52,256 nt of DNA, taken from positions 1 to 52,256 of the forward strand of contig JACPNA010000020.1 in the NCBI GenBank assembly GCA_016185725.1, read 5' to 3'. Positions within the stretch are counted from its first letter, which is position 1, and each line of letters opens with the position of its first letter. Below, piece after piece: positions 25,304 to 34,600 of the stretch. A program made the translations under genes and the position numbers. The DNA is from Candidatus Woesearchaeota archaeon (lineage in GTDB: Archaea; Nanobdellota; Nanobdellia; Woesearchaeales; GW2011-AR9). The notes below the pieces were generated by a model, which was not told the origin of the DNA, ran no database searches, and saw only the letters and a list, made by a program, of their open reading frames with translations.

Positions 25304-27133
25304 TTAGCTTAGTTCTAAAGTTTTAACGGTCATGGAAATTTCTTTACGCACTAAATAATCATATTCTACCGCACCTTCAAATTCGCGATATTGATATTCT
25401 TTAAGGTTTTTGAAATTATCAGGGAGATTAATGATACAAGTAGATAAAGGAATTTGTTCTATGAAAGAAGTTTTTAGTGGGGGTAAAGTTACGGAAGTGC
25501 CGCTTAAACAATTTTCATCGCCACTTTTAACACTAAAGCCAAGACTATCTAGTTCAGCATTATTCATGGTAAATTTATAATTTTTAATAGCGATTATTTT
25601 TCCTTTGCCGGGATTACGCAATACTGAGGAAAAAATGATCATAGATGTTGGTTCTACGATAGGATTATCTACGGGATTACCAAAGGCAAAGTCAACACGG
25701 GATAAATCTTCTGCCCCTTGAGACCATTGATTGTTGCTATTAAAATACGTGCTAAGAATTTCTTTTTTCATTTCTTCATTCTGGGAATAATCTTTAATTT
25801 CTGGTATAAAAGCACGTTGTAAACGGGAGACGCTCTTTAAACCTTTAATTTTTGCTTCGTAAACAATATTAAAAGTGCCTTTGAAAGTGTTAGGACCTTG
25901 ACAGACAATGGTTCTACGAATAGTTTCTCCGCCAACACTTTTTTCTAGAGAATTGCCTAAGATTTTAGCTTCGATATTTTTATCGCCTTGGACAAAGGAA
26001 CAGGAAAATTCTAAATCAATAATTTGTTTACGGGGATTGTTAATTTTAAATTCAATTTGTTGGAGAATGGGCTTGCCCGGTTCGGTGAAAGCATTTTTAG
26101 TAGAAAATTTTGTTTCAATAAATTCGGCTTTTGTTGGCTGGCTGATGGTGGGATCATTTGTTCCGCCAACTAATACAGAAGCGGCTTCTTTCTTTTTCTT
26201 TTCGCGCTGGTCATTAACGCATTTGGCGAAATCTTCTGTTCCTTCTTGTTTCTTTTCTTGTTTTTTACAAATGTTGTTTAGTTCGGAATCTTCTTGGCGC
26301 TTATTGACACAGCCTTGAAAGTTTTCGAATTCGGTAATACACGCTAAATTGGAAACAAAGGGGTTTTCTTTCCCGGAAATTTGCGATTGGACTTTCTCTT
26401 GAGCGGCGAGAAATTGTTCGGCTCCGGGCAGGGTTGATTTTATTTCTGTATATCCTACACTGGGGATTAACCCGATAACTAAGATTACTATCACGTATAG
26501 TATACCTACTGCTTTGAAGAATGATAAAAGATTGCTTTGTTTTTGCGAAGTGAATAATCCCAATAATGCCCACCAGGGAATAAATAAAATCAAGCTTTGA
26601 GTTAAATCAGTTAAAGGAAGATTGAATTTTGTTGTGAGTAGGCTAATTAATCCTATGTCTAAAAAGAAAATTATAATGGGAATAGCGCCAGCCTTTAATT
26701 CGTCACCTACATTACGTTCTTTATTAATAAGCTTATAATAAATAAATAAGGTCGAAAGACTGATTATGCCAAAATACAGGGCAAATGTTTGGTCGGTTCG
26801 GGCGCCAAAATAAATATACCAAGTCCAAAATAAAATAATTAAAAGTATTCCTTTGCGCTGGAAAATTAAAAGGCTGGAATAACACATTAAGATTGTTCCC
26901 ATGATTATTTTTGCGGCGGGATTAAGATAAATATTCAGAAGCCAAACAGCTAAACCAATAAAGAATAAGATGAATCCATAATCAGTAATGGTTTCAACAA
27001 CGTCAGCTTTAACGGCGGAACCGGCAACTCTAGCGGCGGGAAAATATGTTTTGCTAGTGCCAGAACCAACGTTTTTCTTAGTTGTAGCACTGGTCTTATC
27101 GATTGCACTTGTAAAAAAATCGCTTATACCCAT
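25304..27133 (-). CDS. large polytopic membrane protein with a C-terminal extracytoplasmic Cys-containing beta domain
   Basis: About 7 TM helices in the first 250 aa. This is followed by a charged Cys-containing linker and two modules ending in ...VEYDYLVRKEISMTVKTLELS. Confidence 0.7.
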   Translation of the reverse strand: MGISDFFTSAIDKTSATTKKNVGSGTSKTYFPAARVAGSAVKADVVETITDYGFILFFIGLAVWLLNIYLNPAAKIIMGTILMCYSSLLIFQRKGILLIILFWTWYIYFGARTDQTFALYFGIISLSTLFIYYKLINKERNVGDELKAGAIPIIIFFLDIGLISLLTTKFNLPLTDLTQSLILFIPWWALLGLFTSQKQSNLLSFFKAVGILYVIVILVIGLIPSVGYTEIKSTLPGAEQFLAAQEKVQSQISGKENPFVSNLACITEFENFQGCVNKRQEDSELNNICKKQEKKQEGTEDFAKCVNDQREKKKKEAASVLVGGTNDPTISQPTKAEFIETKFSTKNAFTEPGKPILQQIEFKINNPRKQIIDLEFSCSFVQGDKNIEAKILGNSLEKSVGGETIRRTIVCQGPNTFKGTFNIVYEAKIKGLKSVSRLQRAFIPEIKDYSQNEEMKKEILSTYFNSNNQWSQGAEDLSRVDFAFGNPVDNPIVEPTSMIIFSSVLRNPGKGKIIAIKNYKFTMNNAELDSLGFSVKSGDENCLSGTSVTLPPLKTSFIEQIPLSTCIINLPDNFKNLKEYQYREFEGAVEYDYLVRKEISMTVKTLELS

Positions 27134-27200
27134 TATTTCCTCTTTTTTGTATATATTAGAATAAGAAAATTTCTATATATAAAAACCTTATCATCATTAA

Positions 27201-27254
27201 GGCTCTGTAGAAAATCTATGAAAAAGTAGCCGAGGCGACTTTTTCTACGGAGCC
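27201..27254 (-). terminator. 14-bp intercistronic stem-loop with an alternative inner pairing
   Basis: GGCTCTGTAGAAAA ... TTTTCTACGGAGCC (one G-U/A-C position). The inner pair GAAAAAGT/ACTTTTTC competes with it. A T-rich stretch and a TATA-like TTTTTATATATA follow on the minus strand. Confidence 0.4.
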
Positions 27255-27279
27255 CATCGTTAAAATAGTTGAAAGATAA

Positions 27280-28467
27280 TCAACTAATCAATTCTACTCT
27301 TAATTCGCGAACATCAAGGCTTCTCTTGGGTTTAATTTTAATGGCGTTATTTCCTTCTACAGCATAATTGCTCATATCATAAATGAAGGAAGTATCTTTG
27401 GTGTCAAAGGATTGGATGTTAGCGTTAATTAAAAACTCACCTTGTTTGGAGTCGGTAATGTCGACAAAGTTCAAGGTTAGACGAACTTTTTTGGTTTTAT
27501 CTTTAATGGTATTGAATTGTTCATGAGGGATATCAAAATAATATGTGGGGTAATCGATTTCTTTCAATTTTGTTTGTAATTTAGGATGGGTTAAAAGATA
27601 TGCTCCTTGTTCAATACTAAATGTAAGCGCGTTTTCTCCTGAAACTATAATCTCAGGAGCTATTTCTACTTCTAGAATAGTTTGACTGCAATCAGGGATA
27701 TTATTATAAATTTCATGGGTGTTTAATTTTATGGTTAATCGACCAACATCGTTAGACTGACATTCTGGATAAAGCTTGAGAATCATTTTTTCCATGTTCT
27801 TTTTTTCTGTATCAGAAACTAAAAAAACGTTCTTAGAATATTGTGTGTCTAAACTAGTAATATCACCCAATGTTTTGATATCTTCTAAAACCAATTCATT
27901 AGTGCGCCAAAAGGCTAATCCGGGCGAGGATAAACTAAATACTAAAAGATTGTCATCTTTTAAAGATGATTTTGACAAGGCAATTGGTTTAACATTTTTG
28001 GTATTAATAATACCATTATAGATTTCTTCGCTGTTCAAGGTAATTATAACTCTGCCCTGAGCATTTTTAGCCATGAAGGAAAGAAGAACATTGTCGGTTT
28101 GTCCTAAATTTTTTATTTTAAAGGAGAATTCGGCGGTTTTTTTAGAGAATAAGGAACGTTTGGCGTAGATGCTATTTTTTTCAGCAATAATCTTGCTTTC
28201 GGTTTTTGTGAAAATATTAATGTCTGATAAAGTATGTTCTAAATCTTTATTAGAAAAATAATCGATTCGCCCCGGAGAGGTTTTGAATAAAACTGCGCCG
28301 GTAACGGCTATATCACTTGTAGAAGTTATAGTGGTTTTACTTTCTCCTAATAATTGAGCTCGTTCGGCAGGGGGCATGAGAACTATAAACATAATAATCA
28401 ATCCCGCAACTATGGCCAGCAATACAGCAGCGGCAGCAGCTTGACCTCTTTTAGTACTAAGCACCAT
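27280..28467 (-). CDS. surface protein with a pilin-like (class III-like) N-terminal signal/anchor and three internal repeats
   Basis: MVLSTKRGQAAAAAVLLAIVAGLIIMFIVL N-terminus. Three modules of the type GRVIITLNSEEIYN / GRLTIKLNTHEIYN / GEFLINANIQSF. Confidence 0.65.
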   Translation of the reverse strand: MVLSTKRGQAAAAAVLLAIVAGLIIMFIVLMPPAERAQLLGESKTTITSTSDIAVTGAVLFKTSPGRIDYFSNKDLEHTLSDINIFTKTESKIIAEKNSIYAKRSLFSKKTAEFSFKIKNLGQTDNVLLSFMAKNAQGRVIITLNSEEIYNGIINTKNVKPIALSKSSLKDDNLLVFSLSSPGLAFWRTNELVLEDIKTLGDITSLDTQYSKNVFLVSDTEKKNMEKMILKLYPECQSNDVGRLTIKLNTHEIYNNIPDCSQTILEVEIAPEIIVSGENALTFSIEQGAYLLTHPKLQTKLKEIDYPTYYFDIPHEQFNTIKDKTKKVRLTLNFVDITDSKQGEFLINANIQSFDTKDTSFIYDMSNYAVEGNNAIKIKPKRSLDVRELRVELIS

Positions 28468-28606
28468 ACAAGGAAAAAAACTTTTGATATATATAAACTA
28501 TTCTGTTTCAGAGAAACTAAGTGAAGAAATGAGAGAAATTAAGGTTGAGGTAATAATTGGTAATAATTAGGATATTTGTTGCACAGAATCAGCTTTTAAT
28601 GGTATA

Positions 28607-28750
28607 TTATAACTTATCAATCTTTTTTTTAAGAATATTTAATTCGTGATTAATCCGATTCATGGAAGGAGTTGTCCCACTAATAAATTTATCAAAGCCT
28701 TGCAACAATTCATTGACATTTTTATTGTTAAAATTATCTTTTCTGGACAT
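28607..28750 (-). CDS. possible 47-aa small protein
   Basis: ORF MSRKDNFNNKNVNELLQGFDKFISGTTPSMNRINHELNILKKKIDKL, below the track cut-off. No supporting motif. Confidence 0.25.
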   Translation of the reverse strand: MSRKDNFNNKNVNELLQGFDKFISGTTPSMNRINHELNILKKKIDKL

Positions 28751-28776
28751 TTTAGATTAAATTATTTTAAAACTAT

Positions 28777-29052
28777 TTAACTTTTTCTATTTTTTTCTAT
28801 ATTCTCTGTTAATATTTTTCTTTCAGAGTTTATATTCTCAAAATCATTTTTTAATTTTGAATATGATAAATTGAATTCTTCTTTTTGTTTATCCATTAAA
28901 ATTTCAAATCCGACAGCATAAATGGCGGGCAGTGTGACTATTTGCAAAAATATAAATAGTTCTTTATAGGTAGGGGATATATAAACAAAAGAACCAAGAA
29001 ATAGAGAGTAGGATAAAGCCATCAAAATTAAGAATAATTTACTTTTATTCAT
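28777..29052 (-). CDS. small membrane protein with a coiled-coil tail
   Basis: 91 aa with two hydrophobic helices and a charged C-terminus. Confidence 0.5.
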   Translation of the reverse strand: MNKSKLFLILMALSYSLFLGSFVYISPTYKELFIFLQIVTLPAIYAVGFEILMDKQKEEFNLSYSKLKNDFENINSERKILTENIEKNRKS

Positions 29053-29241
29053 GATTTAAGAAATTTATACGGGCACTTATTAAATAATTATGGTGAAGAA
29101 AAAATACTTTTTAAAAGATATGTTCTAAAATCTGCCTGAATTCTTTATTTATAGATACAAATTATTTTTACACGTGATTAATTATCAAATAAAACATAAA
29201 TCAACCCAAAGTTTTTATACTTCTGATACATTTTCTTTTTT

Positions 29242-30297
29242 ATGCAGATTATACACGAAGATTTGAAAAAAGGAATATTAACAGTAAAAGTAACTGATCA
29301 AGAAGATTTGTGGTATTTAAGCACGATTATAGAACCGCATGATTTCATTACTGGTAAGACGACGCGAAAGGTTAAAATAGGGGATGCGGAAAATGCTAAA
29401 GTGGTTAAAAAAACGTATACGCTCAAAATTGAAGCGGAAAAAATCGAGTTTAGTTCTAATGCAGATATGCTACGAGTAAATGGGAAAGTGCTGTTGCCGA
29501 TTGAAGATATACCTAAAGGCAGTTATCATACTATTTCTTTAGAGGTTAATGAAGAATTTACATTAGAAAAAAAACAGTGGTTAGATTATCAATTGCAAAA
29601 ATTAGAAGAAGCAACAGAGAAAAAATATAATTATCTTATTTGTCTTTTTGATAGAGAAGAAGTGTTGTTAGCACTAACAAAAAAATCTTCTTATGAGGTG
29701 GTTCTGAAGCTGAAGGGGGATGTACCCAAGAAAAGCCAAAATGTGGAAATTAAAAAGGATTTTCAAGAAGAGATTATTGCATTGCTTAAATCTTATTATG
29801 AACGATTTAATCCGGAAAAAATTATTTTAGCTTCGCCGGCATTTTATAAGGAGGATTTATTGAAAAAGATTGCTGAGCAAGATCTTAAGAAAAAAATTGT
29901 TTTAGCAACTTGTTCGGATGTAACGGAAAGCAATTTGACAGAGGTGATGGCTAGTCCAGAATTGAATGCGATATTGAAGATGAGCAGGTCAAGAGAAGAA
30001 CAGATTATTGTAGAAGAATTATTAAAAGAGATAAGCAGGGAGGGAACGGCAGTTTATGGATATGAAGAGGTCAAGAAAAAAGTTGAAGAGGGAGCGATTA
30101 AAATATTGTTAATCACAGATACATTTATTCAAAAGGCGCGTAATGCGGAGAATTATGATGAGTTGGATAAACTAATTAAAAAAGTTTATTCTAGGCACGG
30201 CAAGATGAACATTATTTCCGAGGGGGTAGATGCAGGTAAAAAGCTGAAAGGATTAGGGGGAATTGCAGCGTTATTGAAATATAAAATGTGGACGTAA
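29242..30297 (+). CDS. pelA: Pelota (mRNA surveillance / ribosome rescue factor)
   Basis: MQIIHEDLKKGILTVKVTDQEDLWYLSTII... and an eRF1-like C-terminal domain (AVYGYEEVKKKVEEGAIKILLITD). Confidence 0.9.
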   Translation: MQIIHEDLKKGILTVKVTDQEDLWYLSTIIEPHDFITGKTTRKVKIGDAENAKVVKKTYTLKIEAEKIEFSSNADMLRVNGKVLLPIEDIPKGSYHTISLEVNEEFTLEKKQWLDYQLQKLEEATEKKYNYLICLFDREEVLLALTKKSSYEVVLKLKGDVPKKSQNVEIKKDFQEEIIALLKSYYERFNPEKIILASPAFYKEDLLKKIAEQDLKKKIVLATCSDVTESNLTEVMASPELNAILKMSRSREEQIIVEELLKEISREGTAVYGYEEVKKKVEEGAIKILLITDTFIQKARNAENYDELDKLIKKVYSRHGKMNIISEGVDAGKKLKGLGGIAALLKYKMWT

Positions 30298-30560
30298 AAA
30301 GAAAGAGTAATATAAAACATATACTTTTGGCGTACAGTCAAGAAAAACCTTTTTAAAAAGCATATTTTAGTGAGCAAAATGATCAATAAATCGTTTTGCT
30401 TACTCAACAATAAATGTAATTATCTAATAGTATCTAATACTAATTATCGGTTGCATTTACTATTTTGGAAAACCACAACCTTTTAATAGTAGTTGTATTT
30501 ACTTATAACCAAGTAACAAAAACTAATTTATATTGAAGAAAAAGAGGGGAGGTTTTGAAA

Positions 30561-31364
30561 ATGATCGTAAAAGATGATTTATTGGTGAAGTTAAGAAGAT
30601 ATTTTGATTTGAACTTGTATGAAGTAAAGTTATGGGCGGCACTATTAAGCCGAGGAGTTTCTACGGCAGGAGAACTTTCAGATATTGCTGACGTTCCACG
30701 TTCTAGAAGTTATGATGTACTAGAATCTTTAGAGAAAAAAGGATTTGTAGTTATGAAGTTAGGCAAACCAATCAAGTATATTGCCATTCCGCCCAGTGAA
30801 GTTGTAGACAGAGTTAAGAAAAATATGCATGTGGAATCACAAGAGAAAATCAAGCGGTTAGAAACGGTCAAAGGTTCGCCGTTATTGACAGAGTTAGAAA
30901 ATTTACATACCAATGGTATTGCTTTAGTTGATCCTTCAGAGATGAGCGGTTGTTTACGGGGAAGAAATAATTTGTATAACCATTTAGATTTGTTAATCAA
31001 AGAAGCTAAGAAGAGTGTTAATATTATGACTACAGAAAAAGGTTTTATGCGCAAAGCTGAAGGGTTAAGAGCTAGTTTGGAAAAAGCAAAGAAGAAGGGA
31101 GTAAGAATTAGAATTTCGGCACCCATTACCAAAGATAATCGTAAGTTTGCAGATTCATTAAAGGGTTTAGTAGAAATTAAACATAATGATAAAGTAAATT
31201 CAAGGTTTGTTACAGTAGATGGCAAGGATATGGTATTTATGACTTTAGATGATAAAGAGGTACATCCTTCGTATGATATGGGGGTATGGGTAAAGACGCC
31301 TTATTTCACTAATGCGATGGATGACATGTTTGACCATGTTTGGGATGCGAGTAAATCAAGTTAG
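30561..31364 (+). CDS. TrmB-family transcriptional regulator
   Basis: LNLYEVKLWAALLSRGVSTAGELSDIADVPRSRSYDVLESLEKKGFV wHTH. GGAGG sits upstream of ATG 30561. Confidence 0.8.
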   Translation: MIVKDDLLVKLRRYFDLNLYEVKLWAALLSRGVSTAGELSDIADVPRSRSYDVLESLEKKGFVVMKLGKPIKYIAIPPSEVVDRVKKNMHVESQEKIKRLETVKGSPLLTELENLHTNGIALVDPSEMSGCLRGRNNLYNHLDLLIKEAKKSVNIMTTEKGFMRKAEGLRASLEKAKKKGVRIRISAPITKDNRKFADSLKGLVEIKHNDKVNSRFVTVDGKDMVFMTLDDKEVHPSYDMGVWVKTPYFTNAMDDMFDHVWDASKSS

Positions 31365-31431
31365 ATTTTTTTATTTTCATTATTTTTTCTATAAGTTAAT
31401 TTTATAAAGATAATGTCAATACCTATAAAGT

Positions 31432-32244
31432 ATGGATCCTGGGCTTATTGCGAAATTGCATCCGTTAGAACGGAAGGTTTTGCCGACTTTGAAAATATAT
31501 AATGAATTAAGCAAGATAGTTTTAGAATCAGGATTGCGGGAAGTGGAAGTTCTGCGAGCATTGCAATGGTTAGAGAATAAAGATGTTCTTAAAATAAATT
31601 CTGTGAAAAAGAATTTAGTGTTATTAGATAATAATGGGTTGAAATATAAAAAAAATGGTCTGCCAGAAAGAGCGTTTCTGAAGGTTTTAACCGAGAGTTT
31701 TCAAAGTGCGGAAATCTTAGCTAAGAAAGCGAATTTGTCTAATGATGAGTTAAGTGTTTGTTTAGGACGGCTTAAACGGAAAGTAGCAATTGAGATTATT
31801 AAAGATAAAGAGTTAATGGTTAAATTAACTGGTCAAGGTAAGAAGCTGCAACAAGAAGTAACTTTAGAAGAGAAATTTTTACAAAAGGAATTTCCGTTAG
31901 AATTGGAAGCTATAAAAGATGCGGATAAGTTTGCGTTTGATGAATTACGTAAAAGAAAAGAAATTATTAAGATTGAGGAAAAGAAATTTGTGACGATTAC
32001 TCTGATGGAATTAGGGTATAAGTTAGTGCATATGAATATTAAAGAAGATGTAGTTAATCGGTTGACTAAAGAGATGATTAAAACCGGGAGTTGGAAACAG
32101 AAAGATTTCCGGGCGTATGATGTGGAAATTAATGTGCCGAAGATAACGGCGGGGAAAAAACATTTTGATAATCAAGCGTTAGAATATATCAAAGATTTAA
32201 AGAGATATCAGGAAATTTTGTGCAATCGGCATTTTGGGATTTAG
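31432..32244 (+). CDS. pheS: phenylalanine--tRNA ligase alpha subunit, N-terminal (winged-helix repeats) part, frame 1
   Basis: The archaeal-type PheS N-terminal region ends ...[17 protein letters not shown], then runs out of frame into a TAG. Confidence 0.8.
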   Translation: [270 protein letters not shown]

Positions 32245-32930
32245 ATGCGTTATTTGTACCCCAAGATCATCCAGCAAGGGAAATGCAGGATACATTTTAT
32301 CTGGAAGGCAAAGCGAAGTTGCCTACACTATGGGAGAAAATTAAAGAAACGCATGAGAATGGCGGGGATACAAAAAGTACAGGATGGAAATATAAATTTT
32401 CTAAAGAAGAAGCAGAAAAGGTTTTACTACGAACGCATATGACGGTATTATCCGCACGAAAGCTTGCACAATTAAAAAAGGAAGATTTGCCGGTGAAATT
32501 ATTTGCGGTTAATCGGGTATTTAGAAATGAAGCATTGGATTGGAAACATTTATTTGAATTTTATCAGGTGGAAGGGATTGTTGTTGATCCTCGGGCTAAT
32601 CTGCAGCATCTTAAGGGGTATCTACGCGAGTTTTATTTGAAGATGGGCTATACTGATGTGAAAATGACGCCGTCGCATTTTCCTTATACTGAACCGAGCT
32701 TAGAAGTTTCTGTGTTTCATCCAGTTAAGAAAGAATGGGTAGAGTTAGGAGGAGCAGGAATTTTCCGACCAGAAGTGGTTGTGCCGTTATTAGGATTTGA
32801 TTGTCCAGTACTAGCTTGGGGTCAGGGAATGGGAAGAATTATCGGAGAATATTGGAAATTGCAGGATATCCGAGATTTGTATAAGAATGATTTGAAACAA
32901 TTGCGAGAAATTAAAATGTGGATGAAATAA
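32220..32930 (+). CDS. pheS: phenylalanine--tRNA ligase alpha subunit, catalytic core, frame 0
   Basis: [50 protein letters not shown] and GAGIFRPEV class II motifs. The frame is open from 32172. Confidence 0.85.
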   Translation: [236 protein letters not shown]

Positions 32931-32931
32931 A

Positions 32932-34575
32932 ATGCCAACGATAACCTTAAACAAAACAGTATTTGAACGTTTAGTAGGTAAGAAGCTATCGTTAGAGCAG
33001 TTGAAGAATAGGATTAGTATGTTAGGTACGGGGTTGGAGAAAATTGAAGATAATGAAATTCAGGTGGAAATATTTCCTAATCGTCCGGACTTGTTGTCAG
33101 AGCAGGGATTAGCTAGAGCTTTTAGTTCATTTATCGGTGTGAAAAAAGGATTACGGAAGTATGAGGTTAAAAAATCGGGATTAAAAGTGGTGGTTGATTC
33201 ATCCGTTTCTATGCGCCCATATACGGCTTGCGCTATCGTGAAAAAACTTTCTTTTAATGATGAAAAAATCAGGGAAATTATGCAAGCCCAAGAAAAATTA
33301 GCTACTACGCATGGCCGGAATAGAAAAAAGTCAGCGTATGGAATATATCCTGCAAAAGAAATTGTATTTCCGATACATTATATTGCTAAGGATGCGGCTA
33401 AAGTATATTTCAGACCGTTAGGGTTTGATAGGGAAATATCGGCAGCGCAAGTGGAGGAACTTCATCCTAAAGGAAAAGAGTATAAGGATATTGCTAAAGG
33501 GTGGAGTAAATATCCTTTTTTTAGGGATAATTCTGGAAAAATAATGTCCATGCTCCCCTATATTAACTCGCATGATATGGGAAAGGTGGATGAAGGCACC
33601 AAAGAAGTATTTATTGAATGCACTGGTACAGATTTACAGAACGTGCTGGTTGCTTTAAATATTTTTGCCGCCATGTTTGCGGATATGGGAGGAGATATTT
33701 ACAGTGTTGATGTTGTTTATCATAATAAAACTATCACGACACCTAATTTAACGCCAAGAAAAATGAAGTTGGATTTGAAGTATATCAATCAACGATTGGG
33801 ATTGAATCTTAAAGATAAGGAAGCTAAAGAATTATTGGGACGGATGGGTTATGGCGCAGGAAAATCTGAAGTGTTGGTTCCAGCATATCGAGTGGATGTG
33901 CTGCATCAAGTGGATTTGGCAGAGGATATAGCAATAGCGTATGGTTATGAACATTTTCCGGAAATTATTCCGAAAGTGGCGACGGTTGGTGAGGAGTTGC
34001 CTTTAGAAAAATTCATGGTTAAGATAAGAGAGATATTGATTGGGGTAGGATTAATCGAGGTCAAAAATTATCATTTGATTACGGCTTTAGAATTGAATGA
34101 GAAGATGAATCTTAAAGAGAAACTTATTCCGCTGAAGAATGCGTTAGGAGATTACAATCATTTGCGGAATGCAATCATTCCGAGTTTGTTGAAGACTCTT
34201 ATGGAAAATCAGCATAACGAGTATCCGCAGAATATTTTTGAAATGGGAAGAACGTTCTTTTTAGATGAGAGAGAAGAGACGGGAGTTAAAGAGATAGAGA
34301 AGTTAGCGATGGCGGTTTGTCATGAGAAGGCTGATTTTACGGAACTTAAACAAATGTTGGATTTGTTGATTTCTACGTTAGGTTGGGAATATAAAGTGAA
34401 GGAATGCGTACTGCCTAGTTATATTCCAGGTAGAGTGGGGAAGATAGTTTGTCAAGGTGTAGAGATAGGGTGTATTGGAGAATTGCATCCACAAGTGTTA
34501 GAGAATTGGAATTTAATGATGCCGACTATTGTATTGGAGTTGGATGTGGAGAAGTTGTTTAGGTTGGTTAAATAA
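32932..34575 (+). CDS. pheT: phenylalanine--tRNA ligase beta subunit (archaeal type)
   Basis: MPTITLNK...EIFPNRPDLLSEQGLARA, the B3/4 and B5 regions. Starts 1 nt after the pheS stop. Confidence 0.9.
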   Translation: MPTITLNKTVFERLVGKKLSLEQLKNRISMLGTGLEKIEDNEIQVEIFPNRPDLLSEQGLARAFSSFIGVKKGLRKYEVKKSGLKVVVDSSVSMRPYTACAIVKKLSFNDEKIREIMQAQEKLATTHGRNRKKSAYGIYPAKEIVFPIHYIAKDAAKVYFRPLGFDREISAAQVEELHPKGKEYKDIAKGWSKYPFFRDNSGKIMSMLPYINSHDMGKVDEGTKEVFIECTGTDLQNVLVALNIFAAMFADMGGDIYSVDVVYHNKTITTPNLTPRKMKLDLKYINQRLGLNLKDKEAKELLGRMGYGAGKSEVLVPAYRVDVLHQVDLAEDIAIAYGYEHFPEIIPKVATVGEELPLEKFMVKIREILIGVGLIEVKNYHLITALELNEKMNLKEKLIPLKNALGDYNHLRNAIIPSLLKTLMENQHNEYPQNIFEMGRTFFLDEREETGVKEIEKLAMAVCHEKADFTELKQMLDLLISTLGWEYKVKECVLPSYIPGRVGKIVCQGVEIGCIGELHPQVLENWNLMMPTIVLELDVEKLFRLVK

Positions 34576-34600
34576 AAATAAATAAGAGAATAATAAAAAA

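Noticed and set aside
23548-28467. A bona fide archaeal type IV pilus/archaellum operon.
   Set aside because: Only the N-terminus of one protein is pilin-like, and it lacks other typical features. No PilB/FlaI-type ATPase, PilC/FlaJ platform or prepilin peptidase is present. It is kept only as part of a hypothesis about an uncharacterised envelope system.
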